Positions 10,628-20,920 of a stretch of 64,000 nucleotides of DNA are shown here, piece by piece (position 1 is the first letter of the stretch; each line of letters opens with the position of its first letter). The notes beneath the pieces are model-generated. The model was not told the origin of the DNA and did no database searches. It was given only the letters and a program-made list of their open reading frames with translations. A program made the position numbers and the translations under genes. The stretch covers positions 320,001 through 384,000 of the forward strand of contig CP000070.1 of assembly GCA_000002445.1 (NCBI GenBank), read 5' to 3'. This DNA comes from Trypanosoma brucei. Taxonomy: Eukaryota.

Positions 10628-11745
10628 CTGTTGAAACTGCAAGATGAATGACACGAAATAAAGAAGCTTTCGGCTACTATTGGGTTGCCTTGCGTCTGTT
10701 TATTTGTTTCATTACTTGAACGCTTATGTCTGAAGAAGTGAAGGATGGGGTGGAATGTTAAAATGCAGACTAAAACTTTCCCCACGCGCTTAAATGCATT
10801 CACCATCAAGTGGGATCTGAAGGAATACTTATCATCCCCTTCAATTATTGGTACTCATCCATCAATACATGCAACCCAATCAGGTATTTACTCTCTGCTC
10901 CAAACAACAAGAATCAGTTACGTGCGTCATTGGATTTACACGTCCTCTCCTTTTTTTTTCGTTCGTTTTCAAAATATTCATTTGAATGTGTTTTGACATT
11001 CTTCTGTATCATCATTACACTTTATCTGCAGCGATGAGGATTGGGAAAAGGGAAAATGTACGAATGGCCGTGCGACTTGCTTCTTTCAGTTCCTTTAACC
11101 TTATTGAGTTTCCTTCATTGCTGTGTCGTGCTGTACACAACACTTTGTGTGCTGGTTGGAATTATGTGGGGATGTTTTTTTTTTTTGCATTTCCCTCTCC
11201 ACACAGTAAGCCCCTCATCATCATTTTCACATTTCTCATCAATCAACATTATAAATACCTGCCCATTGGGTTGTCTGTTACGTGATATGCGTGTAAAATA
11301 TTCTGGTTCCTTCCTTTCGCATGTTTCTGTGGATACTCGAATGTACATATATTTTTTCCTAATCATTTTCCATGCTATTTCTTCCCTATCACTCTCATGG
11401 GAAAGTTTGTTTGTCCTGTACTTACGAAACCAAGCGCAAGTACATTAGTGTCATACCAATCAGAAAGGTTCGCAGTATTATTCTTATTCTTATTGTGCCC
11501 GTGATATTTATATATATTTATATATATACGTACATATATACACCTTTCTATTATTCTAGGTTGGTGCCTTTTTAAAAGTCTTCCCATTAGTTTTTTTTGT
11601 GAACATATCCCTATTACTAGCACTGCCACTGTTACTGTTTGGCTCCTTCTTTGAGTGAGCGCCTGCATCCATTTAAGTGTATATTTATTATTTTTTCGGA
11701 AACCACAACCAATTGAACGACTACTAAAGGCAAACCAAACAAAAG

Positions 11746-12447
11746 ATGATGGAAAGTATGAACCTTGAACAACCACCACGACTAAACGCCGACCCCTGGC
11801 GAGATATGGAGCCAAAGGTGGATGCAATGCTAGGCGATCTACTCATGATATCTGAGCGTTTCCGAAGGATCGTAAATCCGACAGTGTCTGATGCAGATGA
11901 ATTAATTGAAGCCATCAACTCTGTGGGTGGAGAAGTTGAGACGATGCGGGTCGCTTTAGACACTACGATTGAGCGGCCGGAACTCTTTTCTGTAGATGCG
12001 GAAGAATTGAAAAGACGCACGGAGAAAACTCGCTCGTGGGAGCGCGATGTTGCGAAAGCCATCGAGTTGCGATCAAAGATATTATCAAACCGTGAAGGGC
12101 AAATACAGGATCCACTTGAGAGTAACGTAATGACACCAAATACATGGGTTGATTTGGACACAACTCATATCCATCCATCAGCTCAGTCGTCGCATATGCC
12201 AATGAATAGTTGTGAAGCGACTACTGACACATCTGTTGGTGTTGTTGAGTCTCAAGCTCTTATGCCAGTTGGAATACCCATACGTGAGCAAACAGTGAAG
12301 GCATCCGAATACTCAACCGCAAGTGTCGAGGTGCATACAGTGGATGATGTGGATGATAGTAGGAGCTCTAATTCTGCTAAGAAGACGGTCTTGATTATAT
12401 TTTTTGCATCGTCTCTTCTTGTGGCTATACTGGTGATTTTCTTTTGA
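11746..12447 (+). CDS. Tail-anchored membrane protein (copy 2) with diverged C-terminal anchor
   Basis: Identical to copy 1 for ~205 aa, then ...VDDVDDSRSSNSAKKTVLIIFFASSLLVAILVIFF instead of ...VDDVDDPNNEGSLLKYVLVILLVSSILVAISLIFF. Confidence 0.5.
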   Translation: MMESMNLEQPPRLNADPWRDMEPKVDAMLGDLLMISERFRRIVNPTVSDADELIEAINSVGGEVETMRVALDTTIERPELFSVDAEELKRRTEKTRSWERDVAKAIELRSKILSNREGQIQDPLESNVMTPNTWVDLDTTHIHPSAQSSHMPMNSCEATTDTSVGVVESQALMPVGIPIREQTVKASEYSTASVEVHTVDDVDDSRSSNSAKKTVLIIFFASSLLVAILVIFF

Positions 12448-12505
12448 TTTTTTGATACTGAACCTTATCCGCTCTAATTGTTTCTTTCTGTTCGCTTGTT
12501 GTTAC

Positions 12506-12528
12506 TATATATATATATATATATATAT
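12506..12528. repeat. (TA)n microsatellite just beyond repeat copy 2
   Basis: tatatatatatatatatatatat read directly. Confidence 0.9.
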
Positions 12529-13217
12529 GTTCTTTTAATTGATAATGAGTTAGCTCTTATGGGTTGAAAGTAGAGTGAAGTTGTGGTATTGTTAACTCCT
12601 GTCGAGTCCATTTTGTTGTTGCTTCTTGTTGAGCACCACCTATTTGTTTTTCTTTGGTCCACTCATCGTTTGTTCATTATGACGAGCAGCAGGTACTGTA
12701 ATTAGATCGAATGGGTGACTTTTTTTTTGTTGTTGTCGCTTTTTTTTTTCTGTTTATATTTTTTTTCGGCCTCCTTTTTGTAGTTTACCTCATTAGCGTT
12801 TGTCAGATTGTCATTCGAACGTGCGAACGAACAGTCACCGTCATTAACGTGCTTTTTTATTAATTATTTAAGCGTTTTTTTCATTTTTATATGTTTGTAT
12901 GATGTTGTTGTACGCGGGCACACGTGGTTGCATTGCCATCTGCCGTATGGGTGTTGTTGATTCATTACTTGGATTCACAGGTGGACTTATTATACGGATT
13001 CCGTAAACTTTGTTTTATTCTCTGAGCGAGCTGTTATAAATATTTATTATACTTTCACTTCGCCTTCCTCCTGTAGTTATCTTTTTTTAAAAAAAGATTA
13101 AGAAGTAGGAATAGGGGCAAATAATCAGATACTCCCTTCTCGCCTCTCCTGACGGCAGCGCGGTGATAGCACGGGTGTAGAAAATAGTATTTTTTTTTTC
13201 TGTTACGAGGGGAACTG

Positions 13218-13946
13218 ATGTTTGGACGTGGTTGCATGCTCACTTTTATTAGCACGGCTCTGTTGCTTCTTGGGGTCGGAGATGCGGCGGATGTTAAAGA
13301 CGGGCAAGGGAGTGTACAAACAACCAGTGATGACGTGTCGTATTATGGCCGTTTGAAGCTGCACCCAACCCTTGTCAATAATCCTGACTTCCACAACCCG
13401 CTGTGGCATGTTCAGGGAGGGGAGGTGATTCTAAGCAATGCTCAGCACTCATTTCGTGTGCCGACGCAAGTGGATGGTTCTTTTGTTGTACATGGTGTCC
13501 CTTACGGAAGTTACTACCTCCATGCGGAATATAGTGATCACATCTACCCAACCATTCGCGTTGATGTAACTCAGAAGACTTCCCATGGGTTAGTACGACC
13601 ACTTATACGAACTTATGCAAACGAGGCGATACTCCAGCAATTACAAGGAACCGGTTTAGACGAATCGGCACCAGCAACCATTCCTTTTGTTGGAATTCAC
13701 AACTATTTTGTGCCTCGTGAAGAGTACACTGTGTGGGGTTTACTGACAAATCCAATGATCATGATGATGCTAGTCTCTATGGCATTGATTGGGATGATGA
13801 ATTTGGTGCCAGAGGAGGAACGAAGAGAGTCCATGCGGGAGTTCCAGAACCTACGTAAGCAGTTTTCTGGTGGAGGTGCTGACGAGATTAAGCAACCGGC
13901 AAGGCGTGCGGTCACTGCGGCGGGACACGAGAGGAAGCACAAGTGA
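13218..13946 (+). CDS. EMC7: ER membrane protein complex subunit 7 (EMC7) homologue, 242 aa
   Basis: Signal peptide (MFGRGCMLTFISTALLLLGVGDA), beta-sandwich region DGSFVVHGVPYGSYYLHAEYSDHIYPTIRVDVT matching human EMC7 [33 protein letters not shown], and WGLLTNPMIMMMLVSMALIGMM matching the human EMC7 ...NPMVMMM... C-terminal TM (compared from memory of the human sequence). Confidence 0.8.
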   Translation: MFGRGCMLTFISTALLLLGVGDAADVKDGQGSVQTTSDDVSYYGRLKLHPTLVNNPDFHNPLWHVQGGEVILSNAQHSFRVPTQVDGSFVVHGVPYGSYYLHAEYSDHIYPTIRVDVTQKTSHGLVRPLIRTYANEAILQQLQGTGLDESAPATIPFVGIHNYFVPREEYTVWGLLTNPMIMMMLVSMALIGMMNLVPEEERRESMREFQNLRKQFSGGGADEIKQPARRAVTAAGHERKHK

Positions 13947-14158
13947 GTGTTAAACATCTTTTCTGTTTTTTTTTTTCGCTCCATATTTTCCATTGTTGTT
14001 GGTAGTTATGATAGTGGAATTTGTGGTTGGGTAGTGGGTAAGGGAACCGAAAAGAAAGAATGGAAACATTGAGGGGGTTTCTTTTTACACTCTTTTCCAC
14101 ATTTTCCCTCTGCTGCCATGCAGCTGCCGTCTTCCTCCTCCTCCTCCCAGATAACGTT

Positions 14159-14182
14159 AAAATAGGAAGGAAGGAAGGAAGG
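14159..14182. repeat. (GGAA)n microsatellite, preceded by (CCT)n at 14131-14148
   Basis: aggaaggaaggaaggaaggg; cttcctcctcctcctccc upstream. Confidence 0.85.
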
Positions 14183-14735
14183 GGGCAAACAAGCAAGAAG
14201 AAGGCAGAGGTTGGGGGATAAAATAGAAGAACTCATAACTTTGTATCGCCTCACCTTTACCTGTACCTCTCGATCACAGACAAGCATATGCACTCATCCC
14301 TTAATTCACATACACGCACTTTCACACGGTGGACGTGAGCGCTGCCGGTGAATTAAGGTGGGAAGCGGAGAGTTGATATTCGAGTATGTTGTTTCTTTGT
14401 TTCGGGATTCTGCACACGGGCCGCCTCATTTGTGACAAATTGCGCTTTCAATTCATGCATCCCTCTTTGTTTTAATTTCCAATTATAATGGCAATTCGGC
14501 TCGTTTAACAAGGAAAATATAACCCCACCCATAAGGTAATATATACTCATCAGAGGAAACAACACAAGGTAATAAATTATAACTTCCGAACGAGGGCACC
14601 GCTGTGGCTATTCTTGTAATCAGCAGAGTGTGAGATAAGTGAGTCAACTTTTCAAGAAAGAAGGAAACGGAGGTACACAAACCAACTTTTTTTGTTTGGA
14701 ATAAAAGTAGAGGAACTCAAAAAGAGGTAACATAA

Positions 14736-15869
14736 ATGACCCCGTTTTCATGTCGCAAAACCAGCCTGTTGAAAGCCATTTGCATCTTTGCTTATTTTGC
14801 ATCTGCAGCGCATGCTAACGAACCGGATGCGGCGCTGGAGGGTGTTGTAGACCTCACCAGCAATAACTTTGACAGTAGTGTGGGAAAGGACGTGGCAGCG
14901 CTGGTGGAGTTTTACGCGCCATGGTGTGGACACTGCAAAAACCTCGTACCGGAGTTTGCCAAACTCGGCCGCGCCGCCGCTGGGGCCAAGGATAAAGTTC
15001 TCATTGCTAAAGTGGATGCCACAGCCCAAAAGGACCTCGCAACTCGCTTTGAGGTGAATGGGTACCCAACCATTCTCTTCTTTCCTGCTGGCTCGCAGAA
15101 GCCGGAGAAATACAGCGAGGGTCGCGAGGCGAAGGCGTTTGTTTCGTACCTTAACAACCAAATAAAGGGCTTGAACCTTTTTCTTCCCCGTGAACACAAG
15201 TACGTGATGGCGCTGGACCAATCCAACTTTGACAAAGTGGCACTGGACGAAGGGAAAGATGCGTTTGTTTTATTTTACGCCCCCTGGTGTGGACACTGCA
15301 AGCGCCTCCATCCCTCGTTTGAGAGTCTCGCGAAGGTGTACCAAAACGAAAAGGACCTCATCATTGCTAATGTCGACGCTGATGACAAGAGCAACTCTGA
15401 GGTGACGAAGCGCTATAAGGTGGAGGGCTACCCCACTCTCGTTTTCTTTCCAAAAGGAAATAAGGGCAACCCGGTGAACTATGAGGAGGGACGAACCTTG
15501 GACGATATGATCAAGTTCGTCAATGAGAGAACGGGGAAAAAACGCACCAGCAGCGGTGATTTTGACAAAACTGTTGGTGTCGATGAAACCGTCACGAACC
15601 TCATGAAGGAGATGGCACAGTCAAGCAAGAACAAGGAGGAGAGGGAACGCCTCCTCGCGCAGATTCAGCAAGCCGTCTCCCCCAAAGCTCTAGGCGAGGG
15701 TGCCATGCACTACATCCGTATTGCTACTAATGTCCTTGAGAATGGTCATGAGTATATTAGCAAGGAACACGAGCGTGTCGGCCGTCTTCTGAAGGGAAGT
15801 CTGACAGGTCCGAAGAGGGATTCGTTGACGATCCGATTCAACATTCTTTCGGCAATCAAAGGTGAGTAA
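14736..15869 (+). CDS. Protein disulfide isomerase (two catalytic thioredoxin domains + C-terminal helical D domain, P5/ERp38-like), 377 aa
   Basis: N-terminal signal peptide; two APWCGHCK active sites (VEFYAPWCGHCKNL and VLFYAPWCGHCKRL) each followed by GYPT(I/L) cis-Pro loop; resembles the bloodstream-stage PDI genes of T. brucei (recalled, not searched). Confidence 0.85.
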   Translation: MTPFSCRKTSLLKAICIFAYFASAAHANEPDAALEGVVDLTSNNFDSSVGKDVAALVEFYAPWCGHCKNLVPEFAKLGRAAAGAKDKVLIAKVDATAQKDLATRFEVNGYPTILFFPAGSQKPEKYSEGREAKAFVSYLNNQIKGLNLFLPREHKYVMALDQSNFDKVALDEGKDAFVLFYAPWCGHCKRLHPSFESLAKVYQNEKDLIIANVDADDKSNSEVTKRYKVEGYPTLVFFPKGNKGNPVNYEEGRTLDDMIKFVNERTGKKRTSSGDFDKTVGVDETVTNLMKEMAQSSKNKEERERLLAQIQQAVSPKALGEGAMHYIRIATNVLENGHEYISKEHERVGRLLKGSLTGPKRDSLTIRFNILSAIKGE

Positions 15870-16094
15870 ATATATGTTTTGCGGATGCCAAACTGCCGAG
15901 TACGCGCATTATTCGAAGATCGATGTTACAAGCAATGAGGTGGCGAGGCACTTGGTTTGGGGTGTTTTCACCGTTGCAGGGGACATTTTTAACCGCTGCA
16001 TGTGATGTCTCATTGTGCACGCACAAACTGGACTGAAAAAGCCTTTTCGTTCTTCACCTTTTTGTTTTTTTTTTAAATGGCCTGCAAGACAACA

Positions 16095-16282
16095 TATGAA
16101 AACAACCCGAGAAAAAAAAATATAAAGGTTTCATGGAAAGAAGTACATAAGAGGAAAGAGAAAGGTGTATGAAGGAAAAAGGCTAGAGGAGGAAAATGGA
16201 GTGACGGAAAGATAAAACTAAAAGGGGGAAACGGCGCGAGAACAAAGCAAAGAGAGAGAGGGGGGTTAAGGGAAAGTAAAGA
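16095..16282 (+). repeat. ~190 nt purine-rich (GA/A) low-complexity tract in PDI 3' flank
   Basis: gagaaaaaaaaatataaaggtttcatggaaagaagtacataagaggaaagagaaaggtgtatgaaggaaaaaggctagaggaggaaaatggagtgacggaaagataaaactaaaagggggaaacggcgcgagaacaaagcaaagagagagaggggggttaagggaaagtaaag. Confidence 0.7.
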
Positions 16283-16722
16283 TGCTTTTGTGACGAAGCT
16301 GAGTAATTTTTTTTAAAAAAAAGTCTGGTGGTGGTGTCTGTGTCTTGAAATATCTCAATCAGTACTATCCACTTGAGGGGAGCTATGGAAAGTTCGATCC
16401 ATCACCACATAAACCTTCTAGAAGCGTACGGGCTCCAACGGTATCTTTCTTTTCCCTTTATTTAATTCTGTTCACCAACTCCGTCTCATTTCTCGTGATG
16501 CGGCGTATATATATATATGTATTTGTGGACAAATCGTGAAGCCCCTTCACATACGCAAGCAAATACACACGCGCACACGCTGGGGGACAGAGCAACCCCA
16601 GGCTTAGAGGTGGCGATATCAAATAAGAGAAAGTGATAGTTCATCAACAACCAGTCAAGAAGGAACCCGTGGGATAGAAGACAACTTCAATACATATTTA
16701 AGAGTGAGCACAGTGGGCAGCC

Positions 16723-19700
16723 ATGGAGTCAAAACGCTTTTCGGTGGGGTCCGAAACTCAGCTTCCGCTAAGGTTCCGGCGCAGTTACACCAGTGACGCA
16801 GCCGGCATTGCCCAATTGAGAAAAATCGCGAGCGTCGCGCAATGTATCCCGCCCACCGCAATGTACCCGTGGAAAACGGAGTCAGAATTCACGACGCTCA
16901 TTGAACAATCCGTGATATCTATTACAGCGATATCTACAGTAATTGACAAGCCTGTCGGGTTCATTTGTCTTGACGACACACCGCACACAACGTTGATACC
17001 TGGAGACAGCTGGGAGGTTCTACTAGATGATAGTGACGGAGATTGTGATAAGCCCCTATCAATCTTTCCGTGCAACACCCTATGGGTGAAGGCAGTTCTC
17101 GTTCCTACATCTACTGCCCTTATGTCAGACTCTACAAATATGACGAAAGAGGATTTAGACTTACAAAGAAAGCTGCTACTTTTCGGCTATTCTTCGGAGG
17201 CGCTTCTTCAGCGTTTTCTCCATATTGCGTTAGACAACCTTCCTTCAATCGAGCACCTGTTGGTTCCCTGCCCAATGGGGCAAACTTACCGCGTGTTTGA
17301 AAACATCGGCTTCCGCCCCAGGCCTCTGCAACCCTCATCCTTCAACGGAACCGTACTTCATATCAAATCCGTCAGTATTGTGCCGCAGTTGCTTTTGCGA
17401 CTTGGTATCGTAGAGGACTATGACGATTTTGTGGTTAGGATTCTCGGTGGTGACGGCCTCATCACATCTTTGCCGGAGGAGTTTTATCTTGACGAGCTGT
17501 TAAAAGACCAGAATAGCAACAACAAGGTGATTGTCGCCGAGGACGCCGTGACGCACCGTGTCGCCGGAATTATGTGCCTTGAGGCCTCCATCGAGGATCA
17601 GCAAATGATATCACGACAGTACTACACCGAGTTGTACGGAAAGCTTCGCCCTATGCGAGGGCAACGCAACGCCTCGAAAGGTGCGGTCACTTCCAATATG
17701 GTGAGGATTAAGTTTTTCTACATTGACCCGGCGTACGCGCTGCGGGCTAAGAGTTTCTTGCCGGTCATATACAAGGAGTTTCCGTTCGTTGAGTACGTTA
17801 TTATTACTCTGCCGTACGACACCGAAAAGCCGCCGTTCCTTGGGGACTTTGATCATATCCCACTTCGCAAATATTACCCCAGGAACTCTGAAGGTTATCT
17901 GATACCGCCGCCCGATGGCCTCTGGATCAACTGCAGGTACGCGGCGGATCCAGTGGTCGCTACACCTGTGCGCAGTGAAAAAGACATAACATCCATCAAT
18001 GTCTTCTTGGATGAGCCACACATGGAATTTTCTCAACATCAAATCACTTTGTTGAGGGAGGATATACAACGCCTGCGGAGCGGTAGGGAAACCCCTGAGG
18101 ATGTCGAAGAGTCGAACATCAACAGCTTTGTCTTTTCCTTTGTCACGTACACAGAGAATGTAGGGAGTGAGAAACAGTTACCTATTGTCGTTGGCGTTGC
18201 CTCCGCGCGGAAAATTTCAGTTAATGAAATGTATAGTTTACGTGCAAACTATGACCTCGACAAGCTAGTAAACTACTACTCGAAGGCCCCTCGGGACTAC
18301 AGCGAAACAGACGTAACGCTCAGTTCTGAGGAGGGACGGCGAAAGTTCTTCAGGAACGAGGTGAGAGGTTTGCTCGTTCGCAGTTTCTACGTGAGGCCTG
18401 TGTATCGTAGTCGTATTTCCTTCTTGATGAGGGAATTGTTGCGACACACAGACTGTGAGTTGGCATTATTGCTAGAAGATAATGCCAGTTCACCCTTCAC
18501 CACCTTGTTGCATCAGTTACTGCGCATCCAACCTCGACGAGTGGTGGAGAAACCTCGCCCTCCGGCAAGCGAACCGGTATTCACACCAAGAAGCCCAGAA
18601 AGGATACCAAGTAAGGATGTCTCACCCCTTGGTTGCCTTTTTGCCGCCACGCGTAGAACTCTTGGGGACCGCAAAAAACTGGTACATACACGCATTATTG
18701 TCGTGGGCGCCGGCTCCACTGGTCTGACGTTTCTTTATCGTCTTCTTACCGTGCCGTACATTTGTTTCACTAACCTGGTGCTTATCTCTACTGATGGCAT
18801 GCCGGAGCATCCTAACCAACAGCAGAACCTCTGGAGCACCGATCGGATGGAACTACTTGAACGAGAACATATGGGACTCACAGTGGGGAACCCTATTCGC
18901 GTTATCCACGGCTCTATGGTCGATATTGAAACTGCCCAGCGTTATGTTGTCGTTGACGACAGCACTTATGAGCCGTATGACTATGTTATTCTCACAACGG
19001 GTAGGCAATTTGGCGTGCCTCTTTCCATAAGTAGCCTTCAACAACCAGTGCAGCAGCGGCAGCAGTTGTCACGGACGAGCACACCTCCTGGTGTTCTGCC
19101 GATCTCTGGTTCGGCTTCTGTAGAAAGGTTGCAGCGGACCCTGTATGAATTGGACCGTAACCCAGAAAATGTCAGCAACATTGTGGTGTACGGCTCCGGT
19201 CTAGACGCCTTTGCTATTGCCACATCCATCATCAACCTCGGTTTCTCACCGCAACGTATGGTGTTGGTGAGTCCGGATGTAACAAATCCATTCGTTGACA
19301 AGGACGCCTTTGAATGTGTTGTGAGAATGTGGAGTGCATTGGGGGCGAATACGATGCATGGGTACAAGATCAGTCGCACAGAATACGATGATGATGGTAC
19401 CACATTAACAACCGTCGTTCTTTCACCCGTGCCCGCATTAGCCGCTCCGGCTGGTCCTGGGACCGATTCCAATGCCCGAAGTTCTGTTGAGATCAACTGC
19501 AGCCTTATCGTCTGCTGTGAGGATAAGGATATTGACAGTAATGTACTTTCCACACTGAACAGGCGCTCGATTGTGTTCGACGGTCGCGTCACGGTTGAGT
19601 CCAACTACCTCACGACGAACCCGTGCGTATACGCAACAGGGCCTGTTGCAATGTTCACACGGCGGTACGGCACGACGACCAGTTTCGATGAATTCAACGC

Positions 19701-20766
19701 GAGGGACGTGGGAACAAACTTGGCGGAGGTTATACTTGGTACGCTTGGGTTCGAGGAGTTTGCTACGCCAAACCTTCAGTCGTGCACAGATAAGGAGAAC
19801 GAATTGCTTGCAGCGCATAATGAACTGTACAGTAAAGTCCTCGATGAGAACGGTAGTCGCAACGCAAATTATGGTGTCGACCTTAATTCTCTGTCGGCGG
19901 AAAAGGATGCCCATGAGATTGCAAAGCAAAACCAACTTAAGCAACAGCAGAAACTCCCAGTGTATACCACGCCCGTTGCGAGCCGAATTCGTCTTCCTGG
20001 GAAGTACGTTTTCTTCAGTACTATGCGCATATTTTTTGACCCCGCGCAGTGCACGCGATTGTACTATTCCTGTATAGAAGACAACAAACCTTATGTAGAT
20101 GACATAACAGCCTCTTATCAAGTGGCAACACCTGCCGACAGGGGCTCAATATATAAAGACGTGGAGCAGGACCTTCTTGTAATTTACTTGAACAAACACA
20201 CGCGACTCATTGATGCTGTGGTGTACTTTGGTAATGGCAGTCCTGAGACGCACAACTATATGTGCCTGATTGGTTTGCCTCACTCCTTGTTGAACCTCAT
20301 CTTTCGCTATAATGAAGCCCGCACGGACTTGCTGGAAAGCGATGATTGCGGCTCCAACAGCAGTATGAGCGGGAGTAAGAGCACCGCAAGCAACAAAATA
20401 GATATTGTTGCTCAAGAAAGCACTCTAAATCTCATGGAATATCTTCGGTCACCAAGGTTGCAGGTTGTCTTTTACGATCGGTTCGTGGAGTTCTACGAAA
20501 ACCTCCGTAAGAAGATGCAAGAGCATGAGGATGTGATGAAAATGAAGCAGAGTGCACTCCAGAGAATGGAAGTGACACCACGTATTAGCGCTAAAAACCG
20601 TGCGATATATCTAGAAAAACTGACGGAGATGCAAAAAGACTTTGCACGGAGGGTTCAGTACGAGCTCATCAAATTCCTCCACGAAAGCAAAGAGTACCTG
20701 CCACAGATCATGTACCTGCCAGACATTACGGAGCATGTGGAAAAAAATGAGGGTCGACAGGAGTGA
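16723..20766 (+). CDS. Large flagellar-type protein with pyridine-nucleotide-disulfide-oxidoreductase-like tandem dinucleotide-binding motifs; CFAP61-like (1347 aa)
   Basis: ATG start; mid-protein TRIIVVGAGSTGLTFLYRLL (GxGxxG) and later IVVYGSGLDAFAIATSIINLGF (second Rossmann motif) with TTGRQFG between them - the FAD/NAD(P)-binding arrangement present in CFAP61/FAP61 radial-spoke-associated proteins; size comparable (~1250 aa in other eukaryotes). Family assignment from memory only. Confidence 0.45.
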   Translation: MESKRFSVGSETQLPLRFRRSYTSDAAGIAQLRKIASVAQCIPPTAMYPWKTESEFTTLIEQSVISITAISTVIDKPVGFICLDDTPHTTLIPGDSWEVLLDDSDGDCDKPLSIFPCNTLWVKAVLVPTSTALMSDSTNMTKEDLDLQRKLLLFGYSSEALLQRFLHIALDNLPSIEHLLVPCPMGQTYRVFENIGFRPRPLQPSSFNGTVLHIKSVSIVPQLLLRLGIVEDYDDFVVRILGGDGLITSLPEEFYLDELLKDQNSNNKVIVAEDAVTHRVAGIMCLEASIEDQQMISRQYYTELYGKLRPMRGQRNASKGAVTSNMVRIKFFYIDPAYALRAKSFLPVIYKEFPFVEYVIITLPYDTEKPPFLGDFDHIPLRKYYPRNSEGYLIPPPDGLWINCRYAADPVVATPVRSEKDITSINVFLDEPHMEFSQHQITLLREDIQRLRSGRETPEDVEESNINSFVFSFVTYTENVGSEKQLPIVVGVASARKISVNEMYSLRANYDLDKLVNYYSKAPRDYSETDVTLSSEEGRRKFFRNEVRGLLVRSFYVRPVYRSRISFLMRELLRHTDCELALLLEDNASSPFTTLLHQLLRIQPRRVVEKPRPPASEPVFTPRSPERIPSKDVSPLGCLFAATRRTLGDRKKLVHTRIIVVGAGSTGLTFLYRLLTVPYICFTNLVLISTDGMPEHPNQQQNLWSTDRMELLEREHMGLTVGNPIRVIHGSMVDIETAQRYVVVDDSTYEPYDYVILTTGRQFGVPLSISSLQQPVQQRQQLSRTSTPPGVLPISGSASVERLQRTLYELDRNPENVSNIVVYGSGLDAFAIATSIINLGFSPQRMVLVSPDVTNPFVDKDAFECVVRMWSALGANTMHGYKISRTEYDDDGTTLTTVVLSPVPALAAPAGPGTDSNARSSVEINCSLIVCCEDKDIDSNVLSTLNRRSIVFDGRVTVESNYLTTNPCVYATGPVAMFTRRYGTTTSFDEFNARDVGTNLAEVILGTLGFEEFATPNLQSCTDKENELLAAHNELYSKVLDENGSRNANYGVDLNSLSAEKDAHEIAKQNQLKQQQKLPVYTTPVASRIRLPGKYVFFSTMRIFFDPAQCTRLYYSCIEDNKPYVDDITASYQVATPADRGSIYKDVEQDLLVIYLNKHTRLIDAVVYFGNGSPETHNYMCLIGLPHSLLNLIFRYNEARTDLLESDDCGSNSSMSGSKSTASNKIDIVAQESTLNLMEYLRSPRLQVVFYDRFVEFYENLRKKMQEHEDVMKMKQSALQRMEVTPRISAKNRAIYLEKLTEMQKDFARRVQYELIKFLHESKEYLPQIMYLPDITEHVEKNEGRQE

Positions 20767-20852
20767 TTACTGCAGCGTGTGACGGTGTGCAACATGAGAA
20801 CCGATGCTGTTGTTTAATCCACTGAGGGGCGCAGCCAAGGATAAGCATTCCT

Positions 20853-20870
20853 ATATATATATATATATAT
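20853..20870. repeat. (TA)n microsatellite
   Basis: tatatatatatatatata. Confidence 0.85.
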
Positions 20871-20920
20871 CATTATATGTAATGCATACACATGTTTCAA
20901 TCACTGCTGAGTCCTTCGGC

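Larger units (their letters stand above)
9185..12488 (+). repeat. Copy 2 of ~3.3 kb direct segmental duplication
   Basis: See copy 1; internal differences limited to a few substitutions (e.g. H36R in the 328-aa protein), 1-3 bp indels in homopolymer/(TA)n tracts, and a diverged last ~90 bp. Confidence 0.9.

Noticed and set aside
4963-12488. Possibility that the direct repeats represent a CRISPR-like or transposon array
   Set aside because: Only two copies, each 3.3 kb and gene-bearing, with a 0.9 kb unique spacer and no terminal inverted repeats or target-site duplications seen. This is a eukaryotic segmental duplication.
14748-15235. 157-aa and 107-aa minus-strand ORFs overlapping the PDI gene
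   Set aside because: Antisense shadows inside a high-confidence CDS with two intact thioredoxin active sites.
19038-20121. 188-aa and 227-aa minus-strand ORFs inside the 1347-aa gene
   Set aside because: Antisense to a continuous 4 kb + ORF, with no start context or polypyrimidine/AG signals in the minus orientation.
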